Below, piece by piece: positions 13,258 through 24,310 of a DNA stretch of 64,000 nt. Source of the stretch: Vicugna vicugna (taxonomy: Eukaryota). The notes beneath the pieces are model-generated. The model saw nothing but the letters and a program-made list of their open reading frames with translations. It did no database searches and had not been told where the DNA came from. The stretch's first letter is position 1. Each line of letters starts with the position of its first letter. The position numbers and the translations under genes were made by a program. The stretch lies in the NCBI GenBank assembly GCA_013265495.1, contig MU059059.1, forward strand, positions 1 to 64,000. Direction: 5' to 3'.

Positions 13258-13295
<38 letters not shown>
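13258..13295. repeat. (TTA)12 microsatellite at the MIR tail
   Basis: Direct count; explains the poly-Tyr and poly-Leu runs in the ORF track. Confidence 0.95.
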
Positions 13296-15125
13296 GGTTT
13301 TATTTTGGGGTGTTATGTTTTCTCGATCAGCTTATCCTCATTGGCATCCATCTTCAGGGAGTCCATATAATTCCTTCTTGTTTTCTGGTGCTATAATGCA
13401 TTTATTCTTCTTAGAAGATAACTTTTCTGTCATTTTCCAGGTCCTTGGGGAAGACAGGTATGTGCCTCTGGGCTGTGATCTTGATATAGAGTCATGCATT
13501 TCCTCTAAGTTTTTTTTTTTCCTGTGAGTATGTACGAGTGTGTTGTTTTTGTCTGTAATACACAGAGGAGGACATCCACTGCCACCTGTGTCTGCTTACA
13601 CAGGAGCCTGGCCCAGGGCAGGACTCGCCACCGGGGTCGGGTTCCTGGATATTGACTCTGTCCTGTGTGGGTCTGGGAGGTAATGAGCTTCTTCTTGGTC
13701 TTCCTCGGGCTGGTTTGAGGCTGTCCTAATGGATGTAATAGGTCCTCTGCTTCCTTTGTCAAAAGGAATGTTAATTATTTTCAGCAGTCTAATTATGTGG
13801 CTAATGAGAGCCTGACTGAGATAACATTCCCTTTAATTACTCTTGCCTAAGTGCTGTTTGGAACCATATTTGAGCATGTGGCAAGGCTCAGTGCTTTCAC
13901 AGTAGATGGAGCTGTCGGGGAGAGGCTGAGTGTGGGGCCAGGTTTGCTGGGCTCAGGGCTCATAGTGGAAGTGACTGGCTGCAGTCAGTGCCCAGCCCGG
14001 TGTATGCTGGCCTTTCCTCTGGACCATTACTTAAAGGAAAGGGACAGTCAGACTGGGTCATGCGTAGCAAACAGCAACCATCACAGCTCCCCTAGAACAG
14101 CTCATTCTTATCTTCCCCCAATGCACCTGCCCTCCAGGCTCCTCCTGGCCAGGCCTGTCGCTCTTGGAGGACCTGCCCCCTTCCCCTTCCCCCCATTCAG
14201 CCCTTAGATTCTGAGTCCCTAATGTATGTCCAGTTTTATCCAGGACATAAAGATGCAAAGATAAGGAACTCATGGTCCAGATAGCTTTCCAAAACAAAAT
14301 TTTGATCATGTCCTCCCCTCTTTGCCCAGGAGAAATGCTACATGTCTGTGTTCTGATCCCTTCCCCCTTCCTGGGTCTATCTTCTGGATTGTGGCCTTCC
14401 TTTGGTTCTGATGTGGTATCTTTCAGTCACCCGGCCTTTGTGGGCAGGTCTTGGAAGGCAGCTCTCCCACGTCTGGGTGGACTTGAGCAAGCTGGAAGGG
14501 GAAGCTCACAGGAAATTGCCATGAGACCTAACGGTCAGCTCCAGGGGCCCACTGCTGTTGGTAAATTAAGTCTCCTAATTCCAGTCCACACATGTGCATC
14601 TCTCATGAGTGGTGTAGGGGCAAGTGTGCTGGGGAGAACCTTGGCCTTCCCATTTTCTAGCTGTCAATTAACCTCTGAGCTTCCCTTTTCTCCTGAGTAA
14701 ATCGGAGTTGATGCCTGCTTCATGGATTCGTGCAGGGGACTTGTGGGATGACCTGTGTGACAGCTGCCTGGCACATAGAAGGTGCCCAATAAACAGGGGT
14801 TTTTAAACACTCCAAGCAGCACCCCTTACACTGAGTGATAGCCAGAGACACAGGGGCTGGCCTTATTCTCTAATGGCCAAGGCGTCTCCTGGCCTCTTGG
14901 ATATGTCACTCTTCAGACAGTGGACAGTGACTTTCATGGAACAAGGGTTTATCCTCCCCCATCTCACAGTGGTGGCCCTGGTTAACCAGGCCTGAGCCCG
15001 AGGAAGAGAGGGAGGGCAGCAAGTGTCTGTCCAGAAAAAAAGGGTTTCCAAGAGCAAGGAAGTGAAGCTCAGCTTTAGGTCTGTGTGTTTGGCAGCCTTC
15101 TGGGCACCCTTGGTAAGTTCTAGAG

Positions 15126-15341
15126 CAGTGCAGACCAGTGGAGCTTTCTGTGATGTTGGCAGTGGTCTACATCTGCAGTGTCCAGTATGGTAGGCACTTG
15201 CCACATGTAGCTCTTGAGCACTCGAAGTGTGGCTAGTGCGACGGAGGAACTGAGTTTTTTTATTTTATTCATTCTTAGTTCATTAAAATTAAATTCTAAA
15301 TAGCCACATATAGCTAGTGGCTATCAAATTGGGTAATGCGG
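15126..15341 (+). mobile_element. MER3 (hAT-Charlie MITE)
   Basis: Full-length match to MER3 (gccacatg..gagcact.gaa.tgtggctagtgcgac.gaggaactga...tagccacat..gctagtggcta); 8-bp TSD TTCTAGAG / TTCTGGAA (6/8 identical). Confidence 0.88.
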
Positions 15342-15727
15342 TTCTGGAATTTGTAGAAAAAGACTCCCTTTATGTACTTTCTGTTCTTGGTCTGGGCCAT
15401 GTCTCCAGGCTGCTAGTTTGCACATGCCCTGTTTGCAGAAGATAGTCAGGATGTGCTCGGTTGCTGGCAAGGGCCAGGTGAATCAAGAGGAAAAGACAAA
15501 ATCTGAGCTGTGCCCAGAAGGGTGATTTGGAGCCCCCAACGCTATCGCCATGCTGCTGAGATGGACCCACTGTTCGAGGCATCTGACCTGTTTACTCTCA
15601 GTTCCGCCCCTTCCTGTGTGCAAGGGGCAGAGCCACTGGTGTTCACAGCGGTAGATGTGGGCAGGTGGTGCTCAGATGCATGATTCTCATGCTGACTAAG
15701 TATGTTCCAGATGAGGGAAAATCACCT

Positions 15728-16100
15728 CTGTTAGTCAGGATTTTCTTGATTGCAAATGACAGAAAATCCACCAAACTGGTTGGAGTAAAAAGACATATTC
15801 ACTTTCCTGTTAAAGTGACACACCCAGGCTAGAGAGGACCTGCTAACATGCTTAAATTCTTTTGATCGGAAGCAGATGGAGATTCCAGGCCATTAGGCAA
15901 AAGATTTCACCTTCCCTTCATTGGTTGATAAAATTGCCAACAACAGCTGATGCGGACTTCACAGTGTCCAGCCCCTGCCTGGAGGGGGCGTCTTCAGTTG
16001 ACTGGCTGCATTTACTTGGTAATAAGGTGCTTTGTCCTGACCCAGCTGGCCCTGTAGGGATCACTAGATGAGGACTTTTGCAATCAGGGGCAGGGAATGT
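15728..16100 (-). mobile_element. MaLR/ERVL LTR (MLT-type)
   Basis: tgttagtcaggattttcttgattgcaaatgacagaaaatcc is a typical antisense MLT LTR end. Confidence 0.65.
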
Positions 16101-16185
16101 CTGACTCCTAATTACACTAAATTTAGCTACTCTGGTCTTGCTATTTCTCAAACTTGCTTAGCTTGTTTCTGCCTCAGAATCTTTT

Positions 16186-16285
16186 TTCTTTCTTTCTTTT
16201 TTTCAGTGGAAGTACCGAGGATTGAACCCAGGACCTTGTGCTTGTTAAGCATGTGCCCTACAACTGAGCTATTACCTTCCCCACC
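16186..16285 (-). mobile_element. tRNA-Ala-derived camelid SINE, short form, with TSD
   Basis: Reverse complement of the same head plus an A-rich tail; 11-bp target-site duplication CAGAATCTTTT at 16175-85 and 16286-96. Confidence 0.93.
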
Positions 16286-16296
16286 CAGAATCTTTT

Positions 16297-16615
16297 CACT
16301 TACGTTCCCTCTGCCTGGAATGCTTTTCCCAAAGCTCTTTCTTTGGGATGAGAGAGATGCACGGTTTCTATGCCCCAGTGCTAGCTCCTTAGGTTTAAGA
16401 CTCGCCCTCCGGCAGCCAGTTTCTTTCTGTCCCTACCAGGCCTTTCCCCTTCTTCGTGGCCTGCTAGCAAACATTACAGTATGTGTCAGCTGCCTTTCTT
16501 ATTGTCTGTCTCCCCAGAGAGCTGTGCACTCCAAGGGGGCAGGAACCTTGTCTTGTTCACACTTCGTACAGTGCCTGAGCTTCAGCAGGGACTCAACGAA
16601 TATTTGTTGACTACT
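16297..16615 (+). mobile_element. L2 LINE 3' end
   Basis: gttccctctgcctggaatgc...gcactccaagggggcaggaaccttgtcttgttcac...actcaacgaatatttgttga. Confidence 0.85.
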
Positions 16616-17089
16616 GGAGTACAACACCTCATATAAACAAACCAGCCTCCACAGGGCTTCTTGGACCAGGTCCTCTGGTTGTTTAGAAATCTCTGGGGGT
16701 GACTTCGCTATAGATGGCTGTGAAGAGTAGGATATTGGGTGTCATGTTGTTGGGGTCCAGACTTGTCCTCCAAAAGACCCACTGGGCTTCTTTCTGCCAC
16801 CACTGGGGAGCAACAAAGGCGCAGGGTCCCCACTGCTCCAAAGGCAAAGGTTCACCTGCGGGACATCATAAGGACACTGGCAATAATAGGGAGAAGCAAG
16901 ATAAGTTAATTCCTGGTCACTTTGCAGGTGAAGCTCTGAGGCCACTGCATGTCCCTTTCCAGCTGACAGAAGGAGCCTTGCTGCTCACACGTGACGAGTA
17001 TTCAGGGCCCCTCAGCTGCTGCCTGGTGGGATCTTCATAGGGGATTATTGATGAAGGGGAGGTGAGGCAGCTCTTTACAGTAACACATG

Positions 17090-17365
17090 CCTCGCTCTGG
17101 GACGGCGGCCAGGCAGCTAATTAGAGAGCCCAGCAGCTGTCCAGCCTTTCAGGCAGCGAGCAGCAGCTACCCAGTGCCAGGGGGTGGGAAGGGAGGGAAG
17201 GAAAAGGAGCAGTGGGCCAGAGACCATCCTCCAAGGCGGAGGGAATGGGCAGTCGGGATTGATTCGGGGTGGGGGACATCGGGAGGGGTATGTCAGGTAG
17301 AGTGGGCTGGATGGGGAGGAGGAAGGAAGGAGAGGAGGGTGTCAGGACTGGGTAGCCTGCAGGTG
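17090..17365 (+). promoter_or_regulatory. Possible alternative promoter / first exon of TMEM229B
   Basis: G-rich, CpG-containing, repeat-free segment with a CTAATTAG palindrome (17117-24), followed by a strong donor CAG|GTGAGA at 17362/17363, about 2 kb upstream of the putative second exon. Confidence 0.3.
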
Positions 17366-18954
17366 AGACAGAAGACAGGGTGGTAAGGTGTCCAGCAGGC
17401 AGGGACACCCAGATTCCGAGCTCAGAGTGAGGGGCGTGGAGTGGAAGGATACAGCTGAGTGGAGTGGGGGGCCCATCCCCTTTCTCCCATGCCAGTCAGG
17501 CCCCAGAGCAGATCTCTCTGCTCCCCAAGCTGACCAGACACAGCCTTTCCCCTGATCGGGGGGATTTAGAGTTCCAGCTGAGCGTAGTCACTCCTTGGTT
17601 TGGGAAGTTGCCAAAGCCACTTGCGTTCAGGGCTGGTCTTACTACAGGACAAGTAAAAGCAATTGTTCTGAGTCACATGGGAAGAACTGGGGAGGCTTTG
17701 AGTAACCAGAGGGCTCCCCAGTGGGTCTCTGGGTTATCTTTACTTCATGGGCACCTGGGGTTGGGGGGGTTTGGGGAAGAGGAGAATAGGGGAGAAAAAG
17801 GGATAGTGTTTGCCTGCCGCTTCCTGGCTTCTGTCTTAGGTTCTGGGCCATGGAGACGGGTGAGGGACGGGGGTAGATTTGGTTTTGATGTTCCACTGAG
17901 AGAAGAAGAGATTCAATCCTGCAAGCCCAGCTTACCCTACATAGTTACAGGAGAGGAGAGAGAATGATGCAGAGGGAATTTCCTGCCAGCAGCTGCTGGT
18001 TAAACCTCTTTGGGAAATGAATCCTACGTGCATGAAAACTGGATGTGCCTTTTGAGAGTGCAAGCACATTGTAGAAATAACAGAATAGGCATTGTTGTTC
18101 TCTGACCTGAGCCTGAGCTTGGCCCCTTGCCCACGAGAGAGCCTGCAGTACTTCCCAGGATGCCTGGGATGCTCTGTTCCTGCCCCATCCCTCCTCGTGT
18201 GACGTGTCTTCTGCATTGTCCAGACCCAAGGCACTCACCCCTTCTAGCCTCACCTCTTAGCTCCAGTGATGGCTCTTGGAAGTGGGAGAAAGGAGAGTGA
18301 GCACCCTCCTTTCTTCCCTGATCTGCAGAGACAGCCCTGGCCATTGTAAACCAATGTTTATGGTGCTTTGTGAGAGAGAGCCCTTCCATGATGGTGTCCT
18401 AAAAACTATAGAATACCAGGCATCACTATGTTTGGTTAATAACACCAGATGTTGCAATCAACCAAGAACTTAGCTGGACCCTTCTCTACCTTCCTTGTCC
18501 ATCTATCTAACAGAAGTTTCATGGTCTCAAGAAATTCACCATGTGGAAGGGGAAACAACACATAATCATTTTAAGATGGGACAACATGTTTCAACAGGAG
18601 GATGTCCTGAGTCCTGTGGGAACATCAGTAATGGAATAGCTGGAGACTATGGGAAGGTGGCGTCACAAAGGAATGAAGAGGGGACAGGGTCTCAAAGGCG
18701 GAGTGTGTGTGGTGGGCTGTAGAGGAGGGCAGGTAGAGAGGGCTTGAAACCCCATGGTGGTCTGTGTGTGCTCCTTCAAGTTTACGGGGCATTTGGACAT
18801 GCTGAAGGAGAAGCTGGATGGACAGACTTGGCTGTATGGTTACAAATAAGCGGTTTACCGAATGGATTAAGCAGATTACACTGAATGAAGGACGTGTGCC
18901 TTAAGAATGAGACTGAAATGGGAAGCATATGAAGGGATGCTATATGGCAAGAGG

Positions 18955-19190
18955 GCTGACTCTGGAGCCCCAGGACCAGGGTTTGAATCAAATGTGTGGA
19001 TTTGGCCTAATTTCTTAATGTCCTGAGACTCAGTGTTTTCATCTTTAAAATGCAAGCAGAGTTGGGGTGGGGGCGGGGCAAGGCAGGGGAGGTTAGGATA
19101 ATTCCCGCCCTCCCTGCAGGAGTTTTGGGAGAATCATGAGAGATGATACACTTGAAAAAGCCTGAGTTCTACCCACATGTTAGTTGTATA
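18955..19190 (+). mobile_element. MIR SINE (degraded)
   Basis: actctggagcc...gggtttgaatc...ctcagtgttttcatctttaaaatg. Confidence 0.6.
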
Positions 19191-19368
19191 AGGACTTCAC
19201 ACATTCCTCTGCTCTAAAGCCTCTGGTTCAGGTCACGCAGTCCGCAAGGGAGCCTCATTCCCTCTACAGCTGGGACTGGCTCTGAGTGGCCGTGGAGTGT
19301 CAGAGGGGTCTGGGGGAAGCTTGGAGGCAGAGGTGGGACCCCTGCTGTACCATCACCTGCATGTCCAG

Positions 19369-19528
19369 CCCCCACCAGTTCCCTGGGGAAGAGCCTGCAG
19401 ACCGGGAAGCAGGAGGCGTCCAGCGCGAGGCGGGCCCCAGGAGGGAGTCTGTTCTGATGGCCGGCGCCTCGTGGGCCAGGGCAGCACCTCCGCCAGCAGC
19501 AGGCTCTCAGGGCTGACTGCAGCGACAG
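19369..19528 (+). other. TMEM229B: Putative non-coding 5'UTR exon of TMEM229B (start uncertain: 19270, 19369 or 19379)
   Basis: CpG-rich block in CpG-poor surroundings, ending in CAG|GTGCGC at 19528/19529. Candidate acceptors at 19269, 19368 and 19378. An alternative donor TAG|GTACGT lies at 19733. Position about 11.6 kb upstream of the coding exon is compatible with my recollection of a short non-coding exon in the human gene. Inference only, no transcript data. Confidence 0.45.
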
Positions 19529-22439
19529 GTGCGCTGCGCTGCCAGGATGTGGGCTTTGGTTTCTGTTTCTGTTTTGTTTTTGACTTGTGCTATTCGTGTG
19601 GCCTGCTTAGGGCCCAGAGAAGGGGAAGTGCCCGTGGGTGGGACTGAACTCCCCAGGCACAGCGTCATGGTGGCGCTCGGGGCGGAGGGTGCGTTGGACA
19701 TGCTTCACTAAAGCTCTTTCCACCAGGTGGTAGGTACGTGTCAGAGTGACCCCTGCCCACCATCAGGCAGGCTGGGAGAAGGGAGGGGTAGACAGGTGGG
19801 GCAGGGTTGGAGGCTCCTGTTTGTGGAGGAGCTGCATGGGGACAGAGACCAGGAGAGCGTAGCGCCCTCGGCACGTCCTCTGTCCTTCCCTTCTCTCAGT
19901 GTGGAGGCCCCGGGGGGTGTATGCCCTCCCTGCTCACAAGCACATGTGCACACTGTGAATTTCACATCCCTGACCCTTGCCCTTTTACTTCTCTTGGCTC
20001 CCCTGCTGCCTTGCAAGTTGTCAGCTTAGGGAGCAAAGGCCTGAGTCACCCCTGCTCAGAGAGCCTGGGAGGGTGGGCAGGGGGAGGAGGGTGGCCGTGG
20101 GCATCAGCACGGGGTGGTGCCTCTGTGGTCCACCTGCTTGGCCGTTCACTAGGGGATGATGCCAACTCCCACCCACCGTCACATACCGTTCTCGGCTTCT
20201 GAACAGCCAGTCCATCCTTTCGTAGGGCCAGGCTTGATCTGAGCTCTGTCCTAGGGCACGTGCAGAAGGTGCCATATCCAAAGGGTTTGCGGGGAAGCTT
20301 CAGCACCTTCATATTAAAAGAACAAAAATGTTGAAATCTCTATTAAGTGGTCAAGTCTTAGGGATATATTAAAAATATATATGTGGCAAGGGATGTTGTA
20401 AATATGTGCAGGTATTATATATATATATGCAGATTCATATCAGCATGTGGTCAGTTACCCATGTTAATAGGAAGGGCCTCAACAGCAACAGTAAAATAAT
20501 CGAATAAAGTAAGTATCACAGTGTGGGATTGTGGGTGGAGGGCTTCAGCACACAGCTTGTTGGTGTGCTTGTTTCTGTGGGTGCAGTTGTGCTTGGCTCC
20601 CCAAACGCTAAAACAAAGGTTGTACGTTGTCTGCCTTCTGTGAGGTTCTTGAGTGTCCTTGAGAACAGATGCATCCACTGCAGGGTGAAGGTGAGAGTGT
20701 AATTTGAAGCTAAATGAGAATGGAGCTGGATTCTAAAATTATATCCCTGCTCAGATTTACAAGTGTGCACACACTCACTCGTGGCACAGGGAGCCCCAAG
20801 TCCTAGCCCCCTTGCCTGGATCCATCCTTGGCTCTCATCGCGGGATTAACCAGACCGGGCAAACAGGATGGCAGAGAGGAGGTGGCAGGCTCCAGGAGGG
20901 GGCCCGGTGGCAAGCCCAGAGCCCAGAGCCGTGGTGTTTGCCACGAGGCTGCCTCTCTGGCTGGCTTGGTGGCCTGGAGCTGGGGGCAGTTTAAGCTAAT
21001 GAACCCCTCCTCTTTAATTGCAGGAACAAATGGAAGCCACCCGCTCACCTGCCAAGGGTCAGCTGAGCCCTGGGGCTGATGCTTGCCCACACTGCTGAGA
21101 AGGGCACCGAGGCCCAGCCAGGCACCAGGACAAAGGCTAACCCGGGACACTCCTGGACAGCGATCCTGATGTCTGTTCTGAGCCGTGCACTCCAGGGTGT
21201 GATAAGTGAGTATGTTACTGGCTCCCCAGGGATCACCCGCTCTTCCTGCCTCAGCAGCACGGGCACAGATCTGCAGGTGCCAGCTCTGAGCCTGTTTCCC
21301 ATCCAAGGGCCTGTCACAGGGCTATGGTTCTGGAATGGGAAGGGGGGTTTCCAGCAGTTTCAGGCCATGTCACATGCTGGGCCATCTTACAGCCACATGG
21401 CCTCTAAAAACAGGGCCAGACCCAGACTGGCTGACCTGAGCAATGCGAGACACCCAGCACTTAGGAGACAGCATCTTCCCCAGTTCTCTCTCTTATCTGT
21501 AAGCTCATGGATGCTTTGGGCCCTGGGCTTTACCTCTGTGCACCTCACCTAGGATTCCATGAATGGTTCATGTGGCCTGGGGTAGAGCATCCAGGACACT
21601 GGCTGGTGAGGGATTTGTGGCACCTTGGCTGCCATAAAAGTGGCTACCAGGGGGTCAAGACGAGCAAGTCCTCTGTTGCTTCCACCATGTTTCAGCCCCG
21701 CCTCATCCTCTTGCAGATGAGTAGGGCGAGGGGCCCCCGACTGTGGAGTCTCACCTGTCCTCACATAGTCTTTCTTTCCAGCCTCAGCCTCTGGCTTTTC
21801 TTTGATGATACTTTAAAAATGACAATTGGCTGATTTCCCAAGCCCTAGAGGCTGTCCCGCCTAAAGGGTGTTTTGTCTGGATAGGACAGACAGTCCCACT
21901 GTGGGCTCAGGGACCAGCAGGCAGAGAGCTCCCTGGAAGGCAGGGCAGGAAGGGTTGGTGCTTTTGCACTCGTGACTGGACAAGCTCCTCGGAGTTGTTG
22001 GACCGGTCCACGGGAGCCTGGGGCCTTTAGATTCCACGTGGGAGTTTGCAGAGAAGGAAAAGGGTAGCCAGGTATTTCTCAACTTTAGGTAGATCTTGAC
22101 TCCACTGCTGGCTGAGAGTTTAAAACCTAGGGCTAGAATCTATTTTTCATTTTCTATCTATTTTTCAGCCTAGGCTTGTGAAATCAGTTTGTGATTGGAA
22201 AGTCTTCCAGGAAGTGTTTTATTGAGCTGATTTGGAGGCGGGGTGGTGTGTGAGAGCCTGCACCATGGGAGTGGGGTGGGGAAGGGTGGAGAGATGGCCG
22301 TGGGGGCCACCGTGGGAACGCGGTGACTCAGACGGAGACCTATTCCTCACATTACGCAGAATTCCCCAGAGCAGTCTACAGCCTTAAAACAGCTGTACCC
22401 TGTCATCCAGTGAACCCACTTGTGGAATTAAGAAATCTT

Positions 22440-23010
22440 TCATTAGGAAGTAGTCCCAGCTAAGAAAAGGGTAGAATTCTATTGTTATAGGCATAAAAAA
22501 GATGTTTCTTGTGGTGTCATTGTCACAGTGGAAATGGGAAACAGTTGTTCTCCCTTTCTTGAACATCTAGGTTAAATAAATTATAGTTTTCCGCTTGGTG
22601 GCCTATTATACAGCCACTAGAATAAGGAGAACGTAGGCAATAAAAAAACTTAGAAAAATGTTTGTGATGCAATGAGTTAAAGTGTCAGGTTACAGAAAAA
22701 GTACATTGTGATAACTTGTAAAATAAACACACAAGAAAAGATTGCAAAGGAGAAATGATAATGGCTGCTAGTTTGCTGGAATTATGAATGCCTGTTCTTT
22801 CCATGATGCATGAATTTGTTTCTTTGAAAACTAAATTAAATCTGGATGAGTACACAACATACCAGTAATAGTGACTTTCTTTAAGATGCGGGATGGTGGG
22901 GGACTTTGCTTTCTAAGTCATTCCTTTCTGTAATGTTTAAATTTCAACTGTGAGCACGTGTCCCTTTTGTAATTGGGAGCAATAAAGATATTTTAACATG
23001 CTAGAATTAA
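22440..23010 (+). mobile_element. L1ME-type 3' fragments
   Basis: A-rich; ggttaaataaattatag, tattatacagccactagaa, gtcaggttacagaa motifs. Confidence 0.6.
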
Positions 23011-23124
23011 AATTTTTTAAAGGCTTGATCTCCCAAGAACGAGGAGAAGAGAAAGGCTGAGTTGGTTAGCTGTTGATACCTGCCCTCATCTGTGTTTAAG
23101 GGCCTGCGCCTGTTGGGGCCCATT

Positions 23125-23450
23125 CATTCAATCCATTCATTCACAGGTGTCAGTGGGTCTTATTGCCAGGCGCTGTTCTAGGCTTTGGTTACCCAGCAGT
23201 GAACAAGGCAGAGCCCTGGCCTCATGGACCTTTCATTCTAATTGGGGGAGACAGACAATGAACAAGTAGCAACGTATCAGCAAGTGACAGTGCTGTGAAT
23301 AAAACGGGATGATGTGAGTGATGGGGAGGCTATTCTGGATCAGAGATGAGAGAATTCTCTGAGGGGTGACGGTTGAGTTGAGATCTGAATGACAACAGGG
23401 AGGCAGCCATGTGACGTCTGGGAAGGGTCTTGCAGGCAGCACACAGGATG
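23125..23450 (-). mobile_element. L2 LINE 3' end
   Basis: cattcattcaatccattcattca...gccaggcgctgttctaggc...cagcagtgaacaag...gttgagatctgaatga. Confidence 0.85.
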
Positions 23451-24139
23451 CCCAGCCTGCGGGCCCCGCCCACAGGCTGCCCTTTGCTGCCTAAGCCCTA
23501 GTGAGCCTCTGTGCCAGGCTGATTCCGTTCCCCGAGCCCACTTGCCCCCCCTGCACCTGCCAGCTGGGATTTGCTTAGCATCTGAGGCCGTCTGAAATCC
23601 TCCCCCGCCTGCCGCCCTGTGTGGATCGGTTGCTTCTGACACTGGCTGCTGTTGCTTCAGGCACCCGGCTTCTTTGGGCAGCCTGCATGCTGGTTACTGC
23701 TCTTGGCTGGCATTTCCGTGGCAGGGCTGGGGTCTCTGAGATTCCCAGTAGCATTGGGGCAGGCTGGCAGTCAGGGAGGCTCTGAGTAATGTGTGTCCGA
23801 GTGAGCAGTCTTTGAATGGCACATGCCTTAAGACCCAAAGGAGAGGCTGCTGCTATGGTCCTGTGAGGGTCAGCTATGACCCTGGATGACCTTCATGTAG
23901 GTCCTGCTAGAACTTGGCTTCAGAACAGAACTGGGCCTCTCAGAACAGGCTGAGAGCCCTCAGTAGCTCTGACACCAGTTCTGGGCTTCACTGATGATCT
24001 GCCCAGAAGCTCATGTCCTTCTTGCATCCGGTTGTCTCTCCATCTACCATCTCAGCTTCCAGAAGCAGAAACTCAGAAAATAGCAATGCCCTCAGAGGAA
24101 CCTGTAGTCAGGCTCAAGGGCAGTGCAGCGTGCGGATTG

Positions 24140-24310
24140 GGAGTGAAGGCTCGGAAGCTGGGTTTGTATCCCAGCTCTGCCTTGTACAGCTGTAAGAACT
24201 CTGGCTAATTTTCTAGCCTTTCTGTGCCTCAGTTTTCCCATCTGTGAAACGGGCTTAGAGATTATCTGAGTTAATACATGGGAAGTGCTGAGAAGAGTAC
24301 CTGATTACTG
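24140..24310 (+). mobile_element. MIR SINE
   Basis: cccagctctgcc...ctgtgcctcagttttcccatctgtgaaacggg. Confidence 0.75.

Noticed and set aside
20299-20307. REST left half-site TTCAGCACC
   Set aside because: No GGACAG right half follows.
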